64,000 bases of DNA, taken from the NCBI GenBank assembly GCA_964016885.1, contig OZ024755.1:30442001-30506000 (forward strand), written 5' to 3'. The position numbers and the translations under genes are program-made. Shown here one piece after another: positions 44,060 to 60,020 of this stretch (positions within the stretch are counted from its first letter, which is position 1; the number at the start of each line of letters is the position of its first letter). Below the pieces are notes generated by a model. It saw only the letters and a program-made list of their open reading frames with translations, did not search any database and was not told where the DNA came from. This DNA is from Eledone cirrhosa (Eukaryota).

Positions 44060-45215
44060 CACCTTGTTTGTCCTCGGTTTGTTTAAGAGAGGGCAAAAGG
44101 CCTTTAAGTGTGTGGTTTTCCCACACTTATGGCACTGAGGTCTTTTCCCCTCCACTAAAATGGAGATGACATCTTCCTCAAGGACGATCCTATCCGGGAT
44201 TTTCTCAACTTTCTTTGGCCTCATTTGTACTAGAACCTCGATGCAGGTTCCAAACTAGTTATTCCAGTCTGTCCTGTCTACAGATAGGAGGGTGTCCTCA
44301 TCCTTCTTGAGGATGCAGCGTAGGATCCACCATATGTTGACCTCTGCTGGGATTCTGGTTATTTTCATGTATGTGGGGAAGAAGATGTGTTGACCCGTTT
44401 TTATGTGGGTGAACCGAGTGTTTTTGAGCCAGAGTTTCGCTCTTAAAGAGCACTGACACACTTCCATACTCTTTAGCTCTTTGGAGGTATGCCACGTCTG
44501 ACTTGATATCTTTTAGTGCAGCTTCAATAGTGCTTGTTGGGAGCGTTATGGATTTTTTGGTAATAATGTCAACTGTTCAGTAGATTAATTTCTTTTTCTG
44601 TGTCATCTCTCTTACTTGTAGGGGTATGTGTATGTGTAGGATGTCTCCCTCAAACGTCACATAGTTGGAAGCTTCTTCCAAATATTGGGACTTCAGTAAA
44701 ATTCCATGGGGTAATATTTAAAATCCTGTTGCTTAGCAATGGTTGCTGCAAATGAAATGTTGTTATTGTTGTTGTTGGTGGTGATGATGGTCTCATTCGT
44801 TGAGCTGTCGCTGATTCCTTTTGTTGTATTGTTGTTGTTCTTATTTATTGTGTTGTTGTTGTTTTTACTTGTGGTGGTGTTTGTATTTGCTACACATTCT
44901 TCCTTCTGTGTGGGGATACATGTGACGTTTGTGACGTCAGGCGTGTTCAATTGCTTACAAGCAACTGAAGCTTGTTCCTCTTCTAAATATTGAGGCGATA
45001 ATGTTGGCATTCCTTTGTCCATGTTTACTACTATCTGCTGGTCAAGTAGGCATGGCTTTCCCTTCCCATCTTCTTGTATTGACAAAGAAGAAGGTGCCTT
45101 TGCTTCGGCCATTTTTTTTAATTGAAGTGTTTTGCAAAAGATTTTTCGAAAATATGTTGGATGTTTTTGCCCTGAGGGGCACGATATTTTGGAAGACTGA
45201 TCAGATCAAAATTTA
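44060..45215 (-). pseudogene. Decayed LINE ORF1 (gag-like) with CCHC zinc knuckle
   Basis: ISILVEGKRPQCHKCGKTTHLKAFCP (C-x2-C-x4-H-x4-C); frameshifted upstream ORFs with an N/T-rich low-complexity N-terminus. Confidence 0.7.
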
Positions 45216-45329
45216 ACCTGTCAGTCCCTCTACAAATTGGTTATAAAAATAAAAGTTCACGATGACGAATTTCTAAAGAAATTTAAACAAAACTTACCGA
45301 GTAAATTTAACACATACGTCCATCCCAGA

Positions 45330-45398
<69 letters not shown>

Positions 45399-45716
45399 GA
45401 AACAGATAGAAAGAGAACTTAGATAGAATTCTTCTTGTATGTAATCATCGTTAATGAAGTTAACGAACAATGACATTTAGTTTCTCAGAATTTCAATAAT
45501 GAGGCAAAACAGCGCCGAGAACATCCGCGAAATGTTGGTATTTTGGTTCTCTGCCAGATATAAATGCGAGGAAATCTGACTATCGTTTGTTGTAAACAGT
45601 AACTCCATAACTCTATTTTATTATCATTATTCCAATTAATGCACTGGGTAATTGCTGGCCTTGTGCCTAAAGTAGAAACGATTATTCCAATTAACTATAA
45701 GTTTTGGAGAACTGAT

Positions 45717-45747
<31 letters not shown>

Positions 45748-46009
45748 AAAAGAATATTTTGAGTTAGAAGCTCAAAGTAGTCCCTTACAATTAAAATAGC
45801 TCAAGGAATCTGGTCTCTTATAATTTAAACACATATATGTATATATCTGTGTTTATCTCTCTTTATTATATTGAATTATATATATATATATGTGTGTTTA
45901 TCTCTCTTTATTATATTGAATTATATATATATATATATATGTGTTTATCTCTCTTTATTATATTGAATTATATATACATCTGTGTTTATCTCTCTTTATT
46001 ATATTGAAT

Positions 46010-46100
<91 letters not shown>

Positions 46101-46115
46101 CTCTTTATTATATTG

Positions 46116-46150
<35 letters not shown>

Positions 46151-46171
46151 GAGAGAGGGGGCGGAGGGGGG

Positions 46172-46252
46172 AAGAGTCAGGATCCCTGCTGTCTTAGTTC
46201 GGATCTAGCTGCCGAATACGGCCGGAGCTCAGCCGTCGGGGTCCTGACTCTT
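46172..46252 (+). ncRNA. Only full-topology family E hammerhead (core decayed)
   Basis: aagagtcaggatcc-CTGCTGT..tagttcggatctagctgcc-GAAT-acggc(cggagctca)gccg-TC-ggggtcctgactctt; long helix I. Confidence 0.6.
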
Positions 46253-46959
46253 TTCCCTATTACCCAATCTACTACCCTAAGTATCGAGTACTCTGGTGCG
46301 TTATGGTCCACCTGGTATCTTACCACAGCTTCTTTGTTTTATATATATACATAAGATAGTGTCGGAGCCCGACGGCTGGGCTCGGTGTTTCGACATCTAA
46401 TTCCAGAGGCGGGTCTGGAATTAATTGACTCGCTCTGAGAATTACGTTAATAGTACACAAATCTGTTGCGTGCTAAGCAATGTACACATTCTTTACAGGA
46501 TCACAGGCTGTTCCGTTGATCTAACAACCGGAACACTCATGGTTGACACCGATGGGGATCCATTCAAAAGCCATAACGTTAGATTTCTTCCATACTGCGC
46601 AATTCTAGAATAGTTTCCTCGTTGCCGAATGGTCTGACACTAAGTGAAGGTTGTTCAAATCAATTTTGTTTGTCAACGTTCTCAGTATAATATCCAATAG
46701 CTTAATACACTACACATCTCTGCCAAAATATAATAATTTGTATTCTTTTTATCTCTCAGTGCTTTAAGTCAGTGGATGGTGAAAAAACTTGGAGCCACCC
46801 TTAGGTGTATTAATCGATGAGTATTGAACTGAGTAATTTGTTTTGCATTCATTTACTGACCAAAAAGGACAACGAAAGCAAAGGCTTCTGGGCGAGAAAT
46901 TACAACGTATTTTCGTTCCTCAGATTTTGATATATATATATATATATATATATATTATT

Positions 46960-47205
46960 TCCAAGCCAAGCTTCGTGAGCATCCTTCTTTGCTCGGATGA
47001 CATCTTTAACTTGCTGATGGAAACATGGTGTCCTCCTGTCACGCAGTGCCACACCAAGCCGTTTTCATCCGCAGCATTTGACAACTGGAATAGAAACTGT
47101 CGAGCTGAACAGTTTCCACTTCGCTTCAGCGTCCTCAGTTTGTTCAGACGTTACTCTGTATCTTCAGAGCTTCCTTATCGGCCAGCTCGGCATAATTTCT
47201 CCTGA
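46960..47205 (-). mobile_element. RTE-like LINE internal fragment
   Basis: DAEAKWKLF..VVKCCG.KRLG....RRTP.FHQQVKDVIRA..DAHEAW resembles the EN-RT linker. Confidence 0.55.
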
Positions 47206-48944
47206 AGGTTAAGCCTATCCTACGTGGTTTGGGAGTTTTTTTTACCTTAGGTAGTCTCAGTTTGCAGTAACAAGAGAGGGATCAGCTCAACCCGTCTCTT
47301 AACACGAACACTCTACACAGAATTGAAGACGTCACTGACTATAAAAAAAATATTTCTGAACTCATTTCCCGATTTCTACAATGCGTACTTATGGCTATCT
47401 TTACGTTGAAAGAAACTGTTCATAATATAGAGCCGTTTATTAGAACAAAAGTCTAATAAGGCATCTCTGTTCGCACTTACACCGTGGGTCCCCATTCCTT
47501 TCAGAGATACCTTCCCATGTCAAGTGATGAGTATCAATATGTGCATTGAATTATCCCTTCCTATTGCTACTGTTGCTGTTATTGTGGTTGGTGAATACTT
47601 ACCACAATTTAGCCAAAGCTTAATTAAATGCACGCAAGCCATGTCCGCCCCGATAAACATTTTCTGACTTAGAATTGCGAAAACTAAATGTTTCCATTTT
47701 CTAGATAGTTTTTATGGAGAGACATGTGCCAGATATTTTTACGACATCACATATGTCCACTCCCTTGATAATTCTCTATTCATATAACGAGTGTTGGTGA
47801 AGGAAAGCTTTTTGAAACGGAGAAAATCGGCGTCGAATGCTGTTCTGGAGAATAAAGACGTCACAGGACTCCGTAAATATTAAGAAAAATTACGAACGAA
47901 AGAAAAATGTTTCGATTCAGAGGAATTTATTGTGATCGAGATGTTTAAAGAAGATTCTATGGGGATGGCTGTGTGTGAAGAACACTTTAATTTTCAAATT
48001 TGTCCTTGCCATGAATAATTTCTCTTTTCTCAACTCAAATTCTTCCATTAAAGTCGAAATCGTTTATCATGCTTATTTATTCTATCCAGTGTAACTAGAA
48101 CCATCCTACAATCCAGGCCTATCAATTTGTATTTAGAATCCATATAAGCCATCAGCCCTCATTATTTGTCACCAAATAGTTGCTATTAAGAAGTGAATCT
48201 GTAATCGCACGATCTAGAAAATCTCTAAATTCCAAATAAAGAATCCGATTACTTTTGAATCAATCACATTATTTCACTCCTGAGGATACATTTTGTTGCT
48301 TAAACCGTTTCTCAGCTTTCTGTGTAAATCAAGTGTTCTTTTTTGTGTTTACTTTTTTTTTTTGGTTAGCAAGATAATAATTTTAAGTCCCTGACATTAA
48401 CTCAGTAAGGTGTATTCCATACACTTCTTGTCCCATTTATCTTACTTAACAAAATCAATATAAAGCACTAACACTGTAATGTTTGGATTCTTTATTATCC
48501 TAAATCAATTATATCGTGAAAAAGATTCAACCATTTACGAATTTACAAAATTAGTTACATTAATGTTTCGTTTCTATCTTAATTGTACTGGTTATTATGA
48601 AGTACTAAAACGTTTCACTACACTTCAGCAACTAGCTGATAAATATTCTTTCTTTGAACTTATGCCCAGACCACAAACGTGTAGCGAAACGTTTGCTACT
48701 TCTAAGTAGACAGTACTTTTACTAAATAAGCGATACATAAATATAATAAGTTATATGTGATATTAAATGATTGAAATTACACTGACACGATGTAATTGCT
48801 TCCGCTGCAACATTAATCTTATATCATCTCACTTGCCAAACAAGTGAAGCATGAAAATTACAATAAATATTTTCGAGCTAAATATATATATATCAGATTA
48901 ACCTTTAATTGTCTAATGAGAAATTATAATCTGAAATCATTATT

Positions 48945-49217
48945 TCATCCTTACGAGGTCGATAAAATAAAGTACCAGTAATGTACTGGGTATTTGCTGG
49001 CCTTGTGCCAAAAGTAGAAACAATTATTTGATAGTGTGTTATTATGGGCGGTGGATTGGCAGTATCGGTAGAGGGTCGGACGCCATGATTTGCAGCAAAG
49101 AGTTACGGCCCTTTATGATCACGTTAACTTTGCCGTTCATCCTTACGGGGTCGATAAAATAAAGTACCAGTAATGCACTGGGTAATTGCTGGCCTTGTGC
49201 CAAAAGTAGAAACAATT
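48945..49217 (+). mobile_element. SINE family 1 (partial copy plus internally deleted copy)
   Basis: Consensus match. Confidence 0.85.
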
Positions 49218-49547
49218 ATTTGATAGTACGCATATGTGTATATGTGTGTACATGTGTATGTACATATAGATACATTTATATATATGAGTATATAAATATA
49301 AACGTGCAAACACAGACACACTTACAAAAATACACACTGACAAACATACATTCACACAAACACATACATACACAGCATAACAAATGGAACGCCAGCCACT
49401 ATTTTACTATAATTTTTTCACCACCACCACCCCTGCCTTCCTTTTATACACACATATATTCACGAAGGCAGTACAAGTAAAGAGAGAGGAGTAGTATGAG
49501 GTAGTCAAACTACCCCTCTCTCTTTATGTGTGGTGATAGAATCACAG

Positions 49548-49620
<73 letters not shown>

Positions 49621-50736
49621 CACTAGAGTGAAATATGAGAGATATTTTGTTACCCTTTCTTGCAGATCCAGCCACTGTATTCTGTTATTGTTTTCAATCC
49701 AATGGCGTCTCTAAGTTATTAAAGATATGTTTCTTTTATTTGCCACCAGGGCATCAATAGTGGGACAAGTACAATGGGGGGAGTTTACAAAACAAGGCGT
49801 CCTCAATAAGTTATTAAAGATAGACATGTAATTCTACACAGTTAAAGCTAATATGAAATAGAACAGTAGGGTAAGGTAATATATATATATAGCTTAATAT
49901 ATAATAACATAAATTTCACCTATTTCTCTAAATAGTGATGACTGCATCACTCTCTAAATGTACAACATTGCACATGTATTAGCGCAGAAAAATAAGATTC
50001 TTTCGAAATCAAATAATTCAGTAAGTTTTAATTGTGTCTCTTCTACAATAGACAACATATTCCAGCGTGTTTTCTTTTCATTTCGTACATAAATTCAGCT
50101 AGATATATTGACGCTTGAAGAGAACAATGCCTTTATTGGGAATATATTATTGCTTCGCCAATATCCGGTATTTCACACTAGCAAAGAAAATACCGAAAAA
50201 TAAACACGAACAACCCAATTACAATTGTAATCCCATAGCATATTCATACATATAGGATACTAGTATATGTATGCGTAGCAGAGCGCCTGAGTCAGAAAGA
50301 GGTAGAGAAATATAGAGAAAGCCGATGACAAAAACATTGAGAGAGAGAGAGAAGAGCGAATGGGCAGAAGACTGTGTCGATTTGTCGTTCTCGGTGTGTG
50401 TTATATATGTTTGTATGTGTATATGTGTGTGTGTATTTCCATGTGTGTGTCTGGGAGATAAGAGAGGAGGGGACAGAAAGATGAGACAGAAAAAAGGGGA
50501 GAGAGAGAGAGGGAGACAGAAGTGAAGTGATTATGTGCATATATGTGTTTATAAATTTAAATGTATTTGCTGATAATTCTCGCACAAAATGTAGTTTTAA
50601 ACAATTTGAAATAATCCTCGAATAGTATAAGCAATTTATTTCCGCTCCACTACCAATTCAGATTACGTTTTATTACATCACAGCGAATTATTCAAACGCT
50701 TCGTAGTCCAATCTGATAAAATAGTAAATGTACATC

Positions 50737-50962
50737 TTCCCCCGGAGAGACTGGCGAACCAAGTACTTAAATGGAACCCACGGGGAAGCAGACGGAGAGG
50801 GCGACCCAAAATGAACTGGCGCCAGACAGTTGAGAGGGACCTGCGAGCGACAAACAGACAATGGCGGGACGCTGTGCAACTGGCTGCTGACCGAACGCGG
50901 TGGAACACTATGCTTGCCTCATGCGTCGCAAGACGCGGGAGCTTCTGAGTCTGAGTCTGAGT
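50737..50962 (+). mobile_element. RTE LINE 3' end with (CTGAGT)3 tail
   Basis: ERLANQVLKWNPRGSRRRGRPKMNWRQTVERDL....W.....AADRTRW motif. Confidence 0.85.
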
Positions 50963-51222
50963 ACTACACAAAAGAAGGAGAAAAGAGATACTCTAAAAGG
51001 GCCGTTCCATCTCCTGGGATTTGTTCCTATGAATAACCAGGTCTTCTCCAAGGTGGAGCTTAGAGGACCTGCAGCAGCAGATTGTTTTACTTTCAGAATT
51101 TCAGAAAGTAACTTATCAGAGATATCCGGTATTTTATCGCTTAAAGCTCACCAGCTCTAGTTACTATGGCGAACATCATCTACGATACTTAGATCAACGA
51201 TGTACCTTCTTTTTTAATACAA

Positions 51223-52112
51223 CTAGTATGTGTAGCGTGCATATTGCTATTATATGCAAATATATATGCATGTAGATATGATACATCAAATAAAATCGTA
51301 ATTGACAATATGCACAGAAATTGAAGAGAGACTGTGTTACACTCTCTTCTGTAATCAGTAAAGTAATCCATGATATATTTATAAAAGACGATATTATATA
51401 TAAACTGCATTACGGTGAAATGTAATAAAACTTTATATAACGATGCAAATATATGGATGTTTATATAAAGGATGTAATAAGTGTTATGATATAGCGAACG
51501 CTAACCGGAACTGTAGACATTTGAAAATTTTAAAAGAAGTGAATCTTAAAATAAGCAATCATTATATATAAGAATATAAGGGCGGTGAATTGGCAGTATC
51601 GGTAGATGGCTGGACGCCATGCTTTCTAGCATAGTTACATCCCTTTACAGTCTGAGTTCAAATCCCGCAGAGGTCAACTTTGCCTTTCATCCTTACGGGG
51701 TCGATAAAATAAAGTACCAGTAATGTACTGGGTAATTGCTGACCTTGTGTCTAAAGTAGAAACAATTATATATAAGAATATTTATGTTTAGTCAAGAGCT
51801 ACGAAATTTAGTAGATAAATTATGTAATATTCATTCATTATTGGCAGTATCGGTAGAGGGTCGGACGCCATGCTTTGACGCATAGAGTTACGGCCCTTTC
51901 CATTCTGAGTTCAAATCCCGCCAAATTTAACTTTGCCTTTCATCCTTACACTGTCGATAAAATAAAGAACCAGTAATGTACTGGTTAATTGCTGGCCTTG
52001 TGCCAAAAGCAGAAACAATTATTTATTCAAAGTAATCTAAATTATTTTACTAACGGGATAAAAAGATATATTCAGGACACAGTCCCGCACTCCTCCCTTT
52101 GTTATATTATGA
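51223..52112 (-). mobile_element. Second Helitron copy, lacking the terminal hairpin, with two nested SINEs (51580-51768, 51841-52020)
   Basis: Collinear with 13579-14259. Confidence 0.7.
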
Positions 52113-54200
52113 TAGCTAACAACGTGAGGACCATTTAGCCTCTCTTTAACTCGCATAAGCTGATAGATATATAGAGATTATTGTGGCTGTTTGGCCCATG
52201 TCAACTAGGATAAAGTAGGCATAACTAAAAACGTTTATTCCTCTACTTTCAATTATATTGTACCCCATACTGCATTATCAAATGTCTGACTACATTTTTC
52301 AGACATCAGTGTTATTTTTCAGAAGTCTGGATGCTAATTTATGCAGATCGAATGACCACATAGATCATATTGTTTCGGTTTAGATATAGTGTTTAGCCTC
52401 GAGTCGGTCTGTTTCAAACAGAAATATGGTTAGCGCTATTGAAGTAATGACTACAGCCTCAGCTTTCAGTTATATTGTACCCCGGTCTGACTTTTATCTT
52501 GCCCTTTTTTAAGACCGTAAGGAGATTTATAGAAGTTACCTTGTCAGCTCGTTGCAGTGGTGTCTTGTCTATAAGTAGCGTGTGACTTCCAAAATTTAAT
52601 ACATTGCTATATCAACGTAATGGAAATATCTATGCATGTCAGTATTTTCCACGTTGCTTTCCACATATGTAACTGAAGTTATGCTTATTAGTATATCCTT
52701 ATAAGGAGAAAATAATAGGTTACTCTGCTAAATTTGTTGTTAATTCAACAAAATTGTTATATCATTTTGAAAAAAAAAGTAAGCATTTATTTTAGGATGT
52801 ATTTTATGGGCGTACTTTTATGAAGCTCAAATTAAGCTATCTTCTGAATTTTGGGGGTGCAGAAATTCTGTGTAAATCAACATTCTTGTTGGACCAACTG
52901 AATTGTCAGCAATTTGTTAAAGCATCTCAACCTAAGTAAATATAATCCGCCTGGTTGTATTTCTTCTAGGTATGAATAAACCAGAATGTTGTTAGTAACT
53001 TAATACGATATTTAACTATCTGGTTCAGTTGTCAGACAATTACCTTTACATAATTATCTTCGTTTCACCTTGTTTTCTTTTAGTTTCTGCCAATTATTTT
53101 TTGTCGGACAGAGATTCTGGGAAAGTATTATCTACGAAACTTAATCAAAACATCTGCTTGAAATTCTTCAATTTGAAGAAGGAAATTTCTTGTTATTATT
53201 TCCGTTTGTTCACAGTTGAATCCTGATATGCCGTCGATTTAGTGCTTCCGAATGGGTTTGTCTCGATTTCCACTGCCATTATCTATGACTTTTGACATCC
53301 GACTCAACTTCCTAATATGTAAACTTTAGCGTTTATCTTACGTCGAAAAGAGAAAACATAAATGAACTGTGTATGAAAGTGAACGAATGGAAAATAGAAA
53401 AATATCAAGGTTATATTTCAATAAAGCTATAGAACTCCAAACATGATTGATTTATTGGAAATAAAATAAAGATGTCAATGAAATATAACATTTAATTATA
53501 ATATAAACGGGGAAAAACAAAAAGGAGATACATACAGATGGCAGTATCGAAGAGAGACAAGAACCTGAACAACGAACTTCCTATTTTGCAAGCTAAAGCT
53601 ATGTGTGTAGTATGTCGCTTTTTCCTGGATAAATTTATTAAGCAAGTGACATGCAAGAGAATAAAAAGTTACGATATGTTGTATTGAGTAAAAGTTTTAG
53701 ATCAGCTAAATATCACAAGCTATCTGATTTGATAACTAGATTAATAAGCTTCATTTAATGTGAACTGCGGTGTAGATACTTATATAGGATGGGCCGCTAA
53801 TATTATCAGGAATAGACATTACTCAGTATCATTTCTAAGAGGAAATGATGTATGATTAATGCCATCTTAAAAACGAAACAGGTATGTTACTTATAGCACT
53901 ACAGGTGATTGTATAAGTTAATTACAATATAGTTAGGTCGTTATGCATTACTTAAAAGGAATAATATAATTGGAATTAAGAAACTGTGTTTGACTTGTTT
54001 CTATAACATGGTGACATTCTACTTTTTACAATATATCTTATACACAATTTATATACGTGTGTGGTCATGCGTATGTGTTGCAGATTATATGTGTTCGTGG
54101 GATTATATATGCAACTCCAGTTGCATTTTCGATTCCTTTTCCGTATACGTTCACCCGTGTAGGATATCTCGTTATTTTTATTTTAAAAAAAACTGATTTT

Positions 54201-54244
<44 letters not shown>

Positions 54245-54437
54245 CGATGAAAGTGTAGTAAGGAACCAGGTGGACCATAACGCATCAGAGTACTCGATAC
54301 TTAGGGTAGTAGAGTGGGTAAAAGGAAAAGAGTCAGGACCTCGACGGCTGAGCTACGGCCGTTTCGAAAGCTAGATCCGAATTCGGATCTAGCTGTCGAA
54401 ACGGCCGGAGCTCAGCCGTCGGGATCCTGAATCGTTT

Positions 54438-54478
<41 letters not shown>

Positions 54479-54593
54479 ATAATAATAAATGTGAAGACTA
54501 AAATCCGAAGAGGGCTCGATAAGGATAAATATATATCAGAAGATCCCGTTAAGGGTGAAAGCAGCGATTCTTTGCTTAAACTTGAATCTGTTA

Positions 54594-54637
<44 letters not shown>

Positions 54638-54882
54638 ATCGGAGAAAGCTTTTTAGCGATACTCCGGCCAAATTCCAACTCACTCAACAAACATTAGGAG
54701 ATAAGTGATTATATTCCTAATTAAGCGTTCGGGTTGCTAACTAAAAGTATTGCGTGGAAAAATTGGCTGTATTATTTCATATGAGACATATCGAATATAT
54801 CTCTTCCCAGACGGACGTCTCGTTTCATTATAGGATTCCTACAATTTGGGTGAAATTATACCAATTTATGTAGGAGGTTGTG

Positions 54883-54925
<43 letters not shown>

Positions 54926-54931
54926 GTTTCA

Positions 54932-54980
54932 GATTCCTGATGATTTCTAAAGAATGAAACAGTTCTAGTCCTGTAGAATC
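54932..54980 (+). ncRNA. Type I hammerhead motif (family A); exact inverted twin at 55660-55708 (-)
   Basis: Same motif as 18057-18105. Confidence 0.8.
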
Positions 54981-54996
54981 TCATCTATATTAAAAC

Positions 54997-55058
<62 letters not shown>

Positions 55059-55072
55059 GTATATATATATAT

Positions 55073-55117
<45 letters not shown>

Positions 55118-55283
55118 ATATATTATAATATATATATATTATAATGTATATATCTATATATATATATATTTACATTATATATATACATTATATATATATA
55201 TATATATATATACACATTTACATTATATATATACATTATATATATATATATATATATATACACATTTATATATATATATACAT

Positions 55284-55315
<32 letters not shown>

Positions 55316-55321
55316 ATGTAT

Positions 55322-55354
<33 letters not shown>

Positions 55355-55382
55355 CACATTTATATATATATATACATTATAT

Positions 55383-55415
<33 letters not shown>

Positions 55416-55557
55416 ATGTATATATATATATATATATATAAATATATATATATATGATGTATATATATATATATATATAAATATATATATATATGATGTA
55501 TATATATATATATATATAGAGATATATACATTATAATATATATATATTATAATATAT

Positions 55558-55646
<89 letters not shown>

Positions 55647-55779
55647 TTAATATAGATGAGATTCTACAGGACTAGAACTGTTTCATTCTTTAGAAATCAT
55701 CAGGAATCTGAAACGTATATATATAATATATATATATATATACATTTATATATATATATACATTTATATATATATATAC

Positions 55780-55845
<66 letters not shown>

Positions 55846-55921
55846 TATATATATATATTTATATATATATATATATACACATTATATATATATATATTTA
55901 TATATATATATATATACACAT

Positions 55922-55989
<68 letters not shown>

Positions 55990-56103
55990 CATTATATATA
56001 TCATATATATATATAGAGATATAGATATATACATTATATATATATATATTATATATATATATATAGATATATACATTATATATATATATAGATAGATATA
56101 TAC

Positions 56104-56155
<52 letters not shown>

Positions 56156-56413
56156 TATAGATATATACATTATATATATATATATATATACATTATATAT
56201 ATATAGAGAGAGATATATACATTATATATATATATAGAGATATACATTATATATATAGAGGGAGAGATATACATTATATATATAGAGAGAGAGATATATA
56301 CATTATATATATATAGAGAGAGATATACATTATATATATATATAGAGATATACATTATATATATAGAGAGAGAGAGAGATATACATTATATAGAGAGAGA
56401 GAGAGATATACAT

Positions 56414-56482
<69 letters not shown>
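54997..56482. repeat. Compound (TA)n/(TACATTA)/(GA)n arrays
   Basis: Direct reading of the sequence. Confidence 0.9.
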
Positions 56483-56486
<4 letters not shown>

Positions 56487-56517
56487 GAAAAACTACAGAC
56501 CCTCCATCTCAACTCTA

Positions 56518-56553
56518 CTTTTGAAAAGCAGAAGAACTGCGAAACCGGTAAAG
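56518..56553 (+). ncRNA. Minimal hammerhead motif with U3-A8 covariation (family G)
   Basis: ctt-TTGAAAA-gcag(aagaa)ctgc-GAAA-ccgg-TA-aag. Confidence 0.7.
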
Positions 56554-56681
56554 GAACCAAATAAATATATATATTTTTTTAAATAAGACTCCAGTTGCAT
56601 TTTCGATTTCATCTTTTTTTATTTATACTTTCACTCGTAAAAAATTTTCGTTATTTTCATTTGTAAAAAAACCTCACTGTC

Positions 56682-56764
<83 letters not shown>

Positions 56765-57192
56765 TTGGACATCATAATTTACTCACATCGTCTGCACTGT
56801 GTTATATATGTTATGGTAAAAACTGCGAAAAATAAATGACGACACAAAAGGCGTAATTAAGTTTAACGCTTGAAAAGACTTACAACTTGAATAACAATAT
56901 TAGTTGCTTTGGATGAATATATTAGCGAAACTCAATTTTGGAAGACTGTTGAATATCAACTTGTTACATTCATATTTTCTACCTGAATACCTGAACTAAA
57001 TCAATTTGTATTGATGTCTCTCAGTCATAATCCAATAGTCTGTATACATATATGGCTATATAAGAAATAAACTAAAGAAGACTATCTCTATAGTTCTTGT
57101 TACACTTCTTAGCATATCTATAGTTTTAGCACATTTTCATGCAATATTCGTCTGCTTTTATCCGTATAAATGAAAATAATCTCTGCTCATCG

Positions 57193-58002
<810 letters not shown>

Positions 58003-58565
58003 ATACAACCTGTCCCATGGTTGGGTCGTTAGCGACTAAACTGGCAACCCCACCAACGTTTCTTGGTGAGGAGGGTGACTTTGGACATCCTGCAGGATTA
58101 AATTCAAAACCTGTCAAAGGAGCTCTTAAGAGTCAATGGCCATCCAAAATCACAGGGAGAGATGACCCCTTAGCCTTTGTCAAGGCAGAATTCTAGGAGA
58201 AGGAAAACTCTGATATAACACCTGCAACCCTGATGGTATCCAATGATGTTGACTTGTTCTTCTTTTTGGTAAATATCATCTTGGTTAAGAGAGTGGGACT
58301 GGCTTTCTGGAATGCCTTTGCTCACTATAAAAAGCTTCACGGCACAGGCATTGCTTGATATCAAGAGATCTCTCTGCACTTGTCGTCACATGGTACCAGG
58401 GGCCCAGCACTATGTGACAATAATTGTCACAAGTGTAGTGTTTGTACCAGAGTGTTCAAGTCGCTGGCTGGACTAAAAAGTCACACTCGTTTAGCGCATC
58501 GGTAGGGGTTCTCCTACATGGATATAAAGTAGTGGCCGTACTCGAAAACGAGTTGGCAGCCACCA
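58003..58565 (+). mobile_element. Non-autonomous RTE-derived bipartite element with C-terminal C2H2 remnant
   Basis: 58431-58505 translates KCSVCTRVFKSLAGLKSHTRLAHR*; related to 16815-17350 and 61660-61800. Confidence 0.65.
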
Positions 58566-59316
58566 TGTATATATGTATATATGTATGTATACATATAAAT
58601 ATATCTATATATATATACATATATATATATATATAATATATATATATATATGTATACATATAAATATAAATATCTATATATCAATATATATATACATATA
58701 TATATATATGTATACATATAAATATAAATATCTATATATCAATATATATATACATATATATATATATGTATACATATAAATATAAATATCTATGTATCAA
58801 TATATATATACATATATATATATGTATATACATACATCTATATATATATACATATATCTATATATGTATACATATAAATATAAATATTTATATATCAATA
58901 TCTATATAATTATATATATGTATATATATACATCTATATATATATACATATATCTATATATGTATACATATAAATATAAATATCTATATGTCAATATATA
59001 TATACATATATATATAAATATCTATATATCAATATATATATACATATATATATGTATATATATATATCTATATATATCTATATACATATATATATGTATA
59101 TATATATATCTATATATATATACATATATATATATGTATACATATAAATATCTATATATATATACATATATATATATATGTATACATATAAATATATATA
59201 TATCAACATATATATACATATATATATATGTATATATATAAATATATATATATCAACATATATATACATATATACATATACGATTATGTATATATATATA
59301 TATATACATATACGAT

Positions 59317-59348
<32 letters not shown>

Positions 59349-59350
59349 CG

Positions 59351-59398
<48 letters not shown>

Positions 59399-59402
59399 CG
59401 AT

Positions 59403-59441
<39 letters not shown>

Positions 59442-59735
59442 GGGGAGAGAGAGAGAGGGGGAGAGAGAGAGAGAGAGAGAGAGAGACATACATATTCATA
59501 TATATATATATGTACATATACATTCATATATATATATATACATATACATTCATATATATATATATACATATACATTCATATATATATATACATATACATT
59601 CATATATATATATATATACATATATATACGCATATATATACATATACATAAATATACGCATATATATACATATTCATACATATATATATATATACACACA
59701 TATATATATATTCATACATATATATATATTCATAC

Positions 59736-59792
<57 letters not shown>

Positions 59793-59987
59793 CTGTTTCA
59801 CCTTTTCCAGCCGTCCGGCTGAGGCCATATATACATATACATCATATATATATATATACACATATACATACATATATATACATATACATATATATATATA
59901 TACATATATATACATACATATATATATATACATACATATATATATATATACATATACATACATATATATATATATACATATACATAC

Positions 59988-60020
<33 letters not shown>

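Noticed and set aside
52780-53320. Possible decayed transposon coding sequence (also 47960-48480)
   Set aside because: Coding-like composition but no motif I can identify
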